From the IMG/VR virus record IMGVR_UViG_3300034066_002191: a DNA stretch of 64,000 nt, one strand, 5' to 3'. Each line of letters opens with the position of its first letter. Position 1 is the first letter of the stretch. Source of the DNA: a virus. The translations under genes were made by a program, and so were the position numbers. The notes below the pieces were generated by a model that ran no database searches, was not told the origin of the DNA, and was given only the letters and a program-made list of their open reading frames with translations. Of this stretch, positions 60,508 to 64,000 are shown one piece after another.

Positions 60508-60630
60508 TTATCCCCAGTAAATCTGACCAAGAGTGAATAAAACAAACACAAGAACTGTGAATACCATCATACCTACACCTGCCCAGATTACCCAGGGTTC
60601 CATAGGATGATGTTGATTATTATGAGACAT
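60508..60630 (-). CDS. Small single-TM protein (40 aa)
   Basis: MSHNNQHHPMEPWVIWAGVGMMVFTVLVFVLFTLGQIYWG*; start overlaps the endonuclease stop. Confidence 0.6.
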   Translation of the reverse strand: MSHNNQHHPMEPWVIWAGVGMMVFTVLVFVLFTLGQIYWG

Positions 60631-61060
60631 TTTGTTGGTGCTTTTGTAGATATTTAATCATTTCTTCCAAAAGATTTGTATTATCCCCTACCTGCCCCAA
60701 CACCATATTACAATTTCTACAAAGCAATTGACGAACTTTTCCGGTTTTATGGTCGTGGTCTACACAAAGTTTTTTCCACTTACCGTCACCATCAGATTTA
60801 CAAATAGCGCAAACACCACTTTGTTCTTCATACATTTTGGTGTGTTCATCAAGAGTAATACCATAAAGTCTTTTCAGGTCATTATTTTTAGTTCTTTCTG
60901 GATTTTCCTGATGTCTTGATTTCACTCTTACTTTATCGCATTCCTTACAAGATGAATGTCGAACTCCAGTTTTTTTATTACGGACATAAAACTCAGTAGT
61001 AAGTTTTTTTTCACCGCAGGACATACAGGTTCTATACAGGTCAGAGTATAGTTTAGTCAT
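60620..61060 (-). CDS. Free-standing endonuclease VII-type homing endonuclease (F-CphI-like)
   Basis: N-terminal CxxC..CxxC; YGIT...Q..VCAIC...LCVDHDHKTGKVRQLLCRNCN; immediately downstream of psbA. Confidence 0.85.
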   Translation of the reverse strand: MTKLYSDLYRTCMSCGEKKLTTEFYVRNKKTGVRHSSCKECDKVRVKSRHQENPERTKNNDLKRLYGITLDEHTKMYEEQSGVCAICKSDGDGKWKKLCVDHDHKTGKVRQLLCRNCNMVLGQVGDNTNLLEEMIKYLQKHQQNVS

Positions 61061-61085
61061 TTTCGTGTTTTCTTTCGTGCTTAAA

Positions 61086-61093
61086 TATTTATA
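61086..61093 (-). promoter_or_regulatory. Late promoter TATAAATA for the endonuclease
   Basis: Exact consensus, abutting the U-tract of the psbA terminator. Confidence 0.75.
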
Positions 61094-61119
61094 AAAAAAA
61101 AGGAACTCCGAAGAGTTCC
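61093..61119 (-). terminator. psbA intrinsic terminator
   Basis: GGAACTC-TTCG-GAGTTCC (cUUCGg loop) followed by T9. Confidence 0.88.
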
Positions 61120-61130
61120 CCTTTATTATA

Positions 61131-63798
61131 TCACCCGATGGTTGGTGCAGTCAAGGCAACAGGAGTGTTGCTAGCAGCAGCAAGATCAAGTGGGAAGTTG
61201 TGAGCATTCCTTGTGTTTTAACCTTTGTCGCCAAAGGGAGCGGACTATATCATCACTCATAAGAGTGTCGGACGCTAGTGGCGTATTACGGATGAAGCGT
61301 CATCCACCGCCTAGTCTCTGAACCTTCCTTACACGCTTGCAAGGCTTGGCTGCTGATTGTCTACGAGAGAGTTCCAGCAATTCATCCGATTTAACGAGCG
61401 CCATGCGTTCACAAAACGCTCGTGCATTACCTCCATTCCTAGTCCTGCTCTTGTCAATACATCAGCCCAAGTGTTAATCACATGACCTTGATTGTCTTGA
61501 ATGGACTGGTTGAAATTAAATCCGTTCAGGTTAAATGCCATAGTACTAACACCAAGGGCAGTAAACCAAATACCAACTACTGGCCAAGCGGCAAGGAAGA
61601 AGTGTAGTGAACGGGAGTTGTTAAAGGACGCATATTGGAAAATAAGTCGTCCGAAGTAACCGTGAGCCAATTATCCAAAAGTTTCCTTAAGGGTTGGACT
61701 ATATCTTCACCTATTAAAGGTGCTGGGCGCTCTTGCCTGTTATTAAGAAGACTGAACTTCTCAGGTAGTCTCTGAACCTTTCCTAGATGTATCTAGGACT
61801 TGGATGCTGATTGCCATATCCATAAAGGACTTAGGTTCCCAGCAGTTCACCCAGTTTAGCGTGACCCGCTCTGTCAAGCCACGATGTTATAAGTCTCTTC
61901 TTCTTGACCGAACTTGTAACCATAATTCTGTGACTCGTTCTCAGTGGTTTCACGAACCAGTGAAGAAGTAACCAGAGAACCGTGCATAGCACTGAACAGA
62001 GAACCACCGAAGACACCAGCAACACCCATCATATGAAAAGGGTGCATAAGAATGTTGTGCTCTGCTTGGAATACAAGCATGTAGTTGAAAGTTCCGCTGA
62101 TACCTAGAGGCATTGCATCACTAAAACTACCTTGACCAAAAGGATAGACCAGGAACACAGCACTCGCAGCAGCAACAGGTGCGCTGTAAGCAACACAGAT
62201 CCAAGGACGCATACCTAGACGGTAGGAGAGTTCCCATTCACGACCCATATAGGCATAGATGCCGATGAGGAAGTGAAATACAACGAGTTGGAAAGGACCA
62301 CCGTTGTAAAGCCATTCATCAAGACTTGCTGCATCCCAAATGTTGTATAGGTGCAGACCAATTGCATTAGAACTTGGTACTACGGCACCACTGATGCCTT
62401 CCATGAAATCCACTCTTCATCTTCATGAGGTACCCAACCTTCTAAAAATGAGGAGACCATAGACCTAAGTGAATAATGGGGAAATCTTGTACTTTTCGCC
62501 CACGCTTTCGCAGTAGGCTTTGGTTTACCAGAAGAAATCCAAATTTCATAAATTTCATCTGCGACCAACCAAGGTTTTATATTTTTACCCTGTTTCCACT
62601 TAGAAACTTTTTTAGCAACTTCGGGATTTTTCATTGGATTACTATCGCCAGATAGTATTGGGAGATTATTAGAGAGAGAAACTAATTTACTTTTCTCCAC
62701 ATTTCTAGTCCAATGATTATCACCAATCGCACCATTCCATTTTTCTGGATTAGTTTTTCTTGGGTGAGTTTTTCCTTTTAAATGTTCCCAATATTGGGGA
62801 TTTTTATGTCTGGCGTGATTTTCGCCAGTTCCCCAACCTTGAGGTTCATTTGATAGATTTAAACAACCATCATTTCCATAGTGCAAAGAGAGCATTTCTC
62901 TTTCAGTTCCTCTAAGATTGGTATCTTCATTAAATATTTCTAGGAATACCCAATCATCAGGATACTTTTTTAGAGAATTATGGAAGTGGTCGTTTCCCTT
63001 AAACTTTCTATGGAATCTTTCTCTTTTTTGAGAGTCATTGCGGTAGAACCCCAATAATAATCACCGTTAGAAAGTCTTAGTGCTAAGTAAGTTATCATGG
63101 AAGTTAGACTATATCTTCATCCTTTATTAATTATATCATAAAGGAGTTGGGCGCTCAAGCCTGTTATTAAGAGGACTGAACCTCTCAGGTAGTCGTTGAA
63201 CCTTTCCAAAGTGTACTTTGGACTTGGCTGCTGATTGGGGTGGTCTTCCCTTTCCAGCAATTCACCCAATTTACTTTTCACGATTACTCGTGAATGACAC
63301 CATCTAGATGTTGTTGCCGTAAAGTAGAGAACCAGCAACTGGTTCACGAATCCCGTCGCATCATCTAACAAACAACCATATCTTTTGACTTAGGTTGCTT
63401 CTGTTGATTAGTCAACAGTAGATGTGTGGACTATATCTTCACCCTTCATAGAAGGAGCTGGGCACTTAAACCTGTTATTAAGAGGACTGAACCTCTCAGG
63501 TAGTCTCTGAACCTTCCTCAAGTGTACTTGAGGCTTGGCTGCTGATTGCCTTTCGGTTTCCAGCAATTCACCCAGTTTCGTCAATACTCTTACGAGTAAG
63601 GGACACCGATTAGTTAATGTCTACGGGAGGTGCTGCAATAAATGCAACAATAAAACAGATAGTTGCCGCAAGAAGGCAAGGAATCATAAGAACTCCGAAC
63701 CAACCAACATACAGCCTATTATCGGTTGAAGTTACCCAGGAACAGAATTGTTCCCAGAGGTTTTCGCCAGAACGGCGTGAAGCGATTGAAGCAGTCAT
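61131..63798 (-). CDS. psbA: Photosystem II D1 protein, five exons
   Basis: Exons 63798-63617, 63358-63308, 62396-61877, 61667-61416 and 61208-61131 total 1083 nt = 360 aa + stop; the joins restore PVDIDG, GNNIISG, NIVAAHG and MHERNAH. Confidence 0.96.
61209..61415 (-). mobile_element. Group I intron psbA-i4 (207 nt, after Arg334 in standard numbering)
   Basis: P1 CGAGCGU/GCGCUCG with U.G; cores AATTGCTGGAA, AATCAGCAG, GTTCAGAGACTA, ATGATATAGTCC; ends in G. Confidence 0.93.
61668..61876 (-). mobile_element. Group I intron psbA-i3 (209 nt, after Ala250)
   Basis: P1 GUGGCU/GGUCAC; P10 GAGC/GCUC; R GTTCAGAGACTA and S AAGATATAGTCC; ends in G. Confidence 0.93.
62380..63098 (-). pseudogene. Intron-encoded GIY-YIG homing endonuclease split by a -1 frameshift (degenerate or recoded)
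   Basis: ATG 63098 gives [25 protein letters not shown], which stops at 62970. The -1 frame from the A6 run (63029-63024) continues RERFH...FHNSLKKYP...EREML...CLNLS plus NUMOD-like repeats to TAG 62380. Confidence 0.8.
62397..63307 (-). mobile_element. Group I intron psbA-i2 (911 nt, within Ile77) carrying the endonuclease gene after the S element
   Basis: P1 ACAU/GUGU; P10 GAUG/CAUC; P, Q, R (GTTCAACGACTA) and S (AAGATATAGTCT) cores; ends in G. Confidence 0.93.
63130..63158 (-). promoter_or_regulatory. Intron-internal sigma70-like promoter for the GIY-YIG gene
   Basis: TTGAGC-N17-TATAAT with extended TG, 31 nt upstream of ATG 63098. Confidence 0.6.
63359..63616 (-). mobile_element. Group I intron psbA-i1 (258 nt, within Ile60)
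   Basis: P1 GACAU/GUGUC; P AATTGCTGGAA, Q AATCAGCAG, R GTTCAGAGACTA, S AAGATATAGTCC; ends in G. Confidence 0.93.
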
Positions 63799-63821
63799 TT
63801 TTCGTTAAAGGGTAAGTAAAA

Positions 63822-63925
63822 GTCCAGGGGGAACTGGATGGTTACAGTATGTCCCACACCACCCTCCAGTGTGGGTATGAGAGACTTTGTTTAACCTCCC
63901 CATAGGTCTCGGTTAGGAAGAGGAA
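63822..63925 (-). ncRNA. Structured psbA 5' leader, PhotoRC-II-like RNA motif
   Basis: CCTCTTCC/GGGGAGG stem whose loop GAGAC can pair with a downstream GTCTC; CCCACAC/GTGTGGG and TCCAG/CTGGA hairpins; position upstream of a phage psbA. Confidence 0.7.
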
Positions 63926-63964
63926 CAACATTAAGAACTTGTTACATTTCTTAACTTGTTGATG

Positions 63965-63998
63965 TATTTATTATAACACTGTCATGATTCCCTGTCAA
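63965..63998 (-). promoter_or_regulatory. Overlapping early and late psbA promoters
   Basis: TTGACA(63998-63993)-N17-TATAAT(63975-63970) overlapping ATAAATA(63971-63965). Confidence 0.85.
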
Positions 63999-64000
63999 TA

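Noticed and set aside
61329-63798. psbA pieces as pseudogene fragments, and ORFs 63117..63371, 61831..62025, 63535..63729
   Set aside because: Explained by four introns that splice to an intact frame; the extra ORFs are chance readings of intron or exon sequence.
1-64000. Stop-codon reassignment or a diversity-generating retroelement
   Set aside because: Core genes are full length in the standard code; no reverse transcriptase or adenine-specific repeat pair was seen.

Overview
A 64-kb segment of a T4-like cyanomyovirus (Kyanoviridae-type) genome, AT-rich, standard code, nearly all genes on the minus strand. 1-22.5 kb: tail fibre/structural genes, including two G-X-Q collagen-like fibres. 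22.6-23.8 kb: island of small ORFs plus tRNA-Thr(UGU). 23.8-43.4 kb: baseplate/tail module (gp5-like, CP12, gp27-like, two SleB-like hydrolase proteins, gp51, gp26, gp54/19-like, gp4, gp2, gp48, gp53). 43.4-48.2 kb: gp32, gp59, gp33, exonuclease, phoH, thyX. 48.6-60.6 kb: glutamine-I riboswitch/DUF4278, speD, glutaredoxin, many small ORFs, HNH, gnd, talC, metallophosphoesterase. 60.6-64 kb: F-CphI-like endonuclease and a psbA split into five exons by four group I introns, which splice by hand into an intact 360-aa D1. Main leads: (1) the four-intron psbA, with possible in-frame skipping of exon 2 and a frameshifted GIY-YIG gene that has its own promoter and a stop codon in the downstream exon; (2) a T-TTT-TTC slippery site that would fuse gp26 to gp51 by -1 frameshifting, like lambda G/GT; (3) an NtcA-like box plus glutamine riboswitch upstream of a DUF4278 peptide; (4) a tRNA with a compensatory A19:U56 elbow pair. 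Protein and RNA family calls come from motif recognition by eye; no searches were run.
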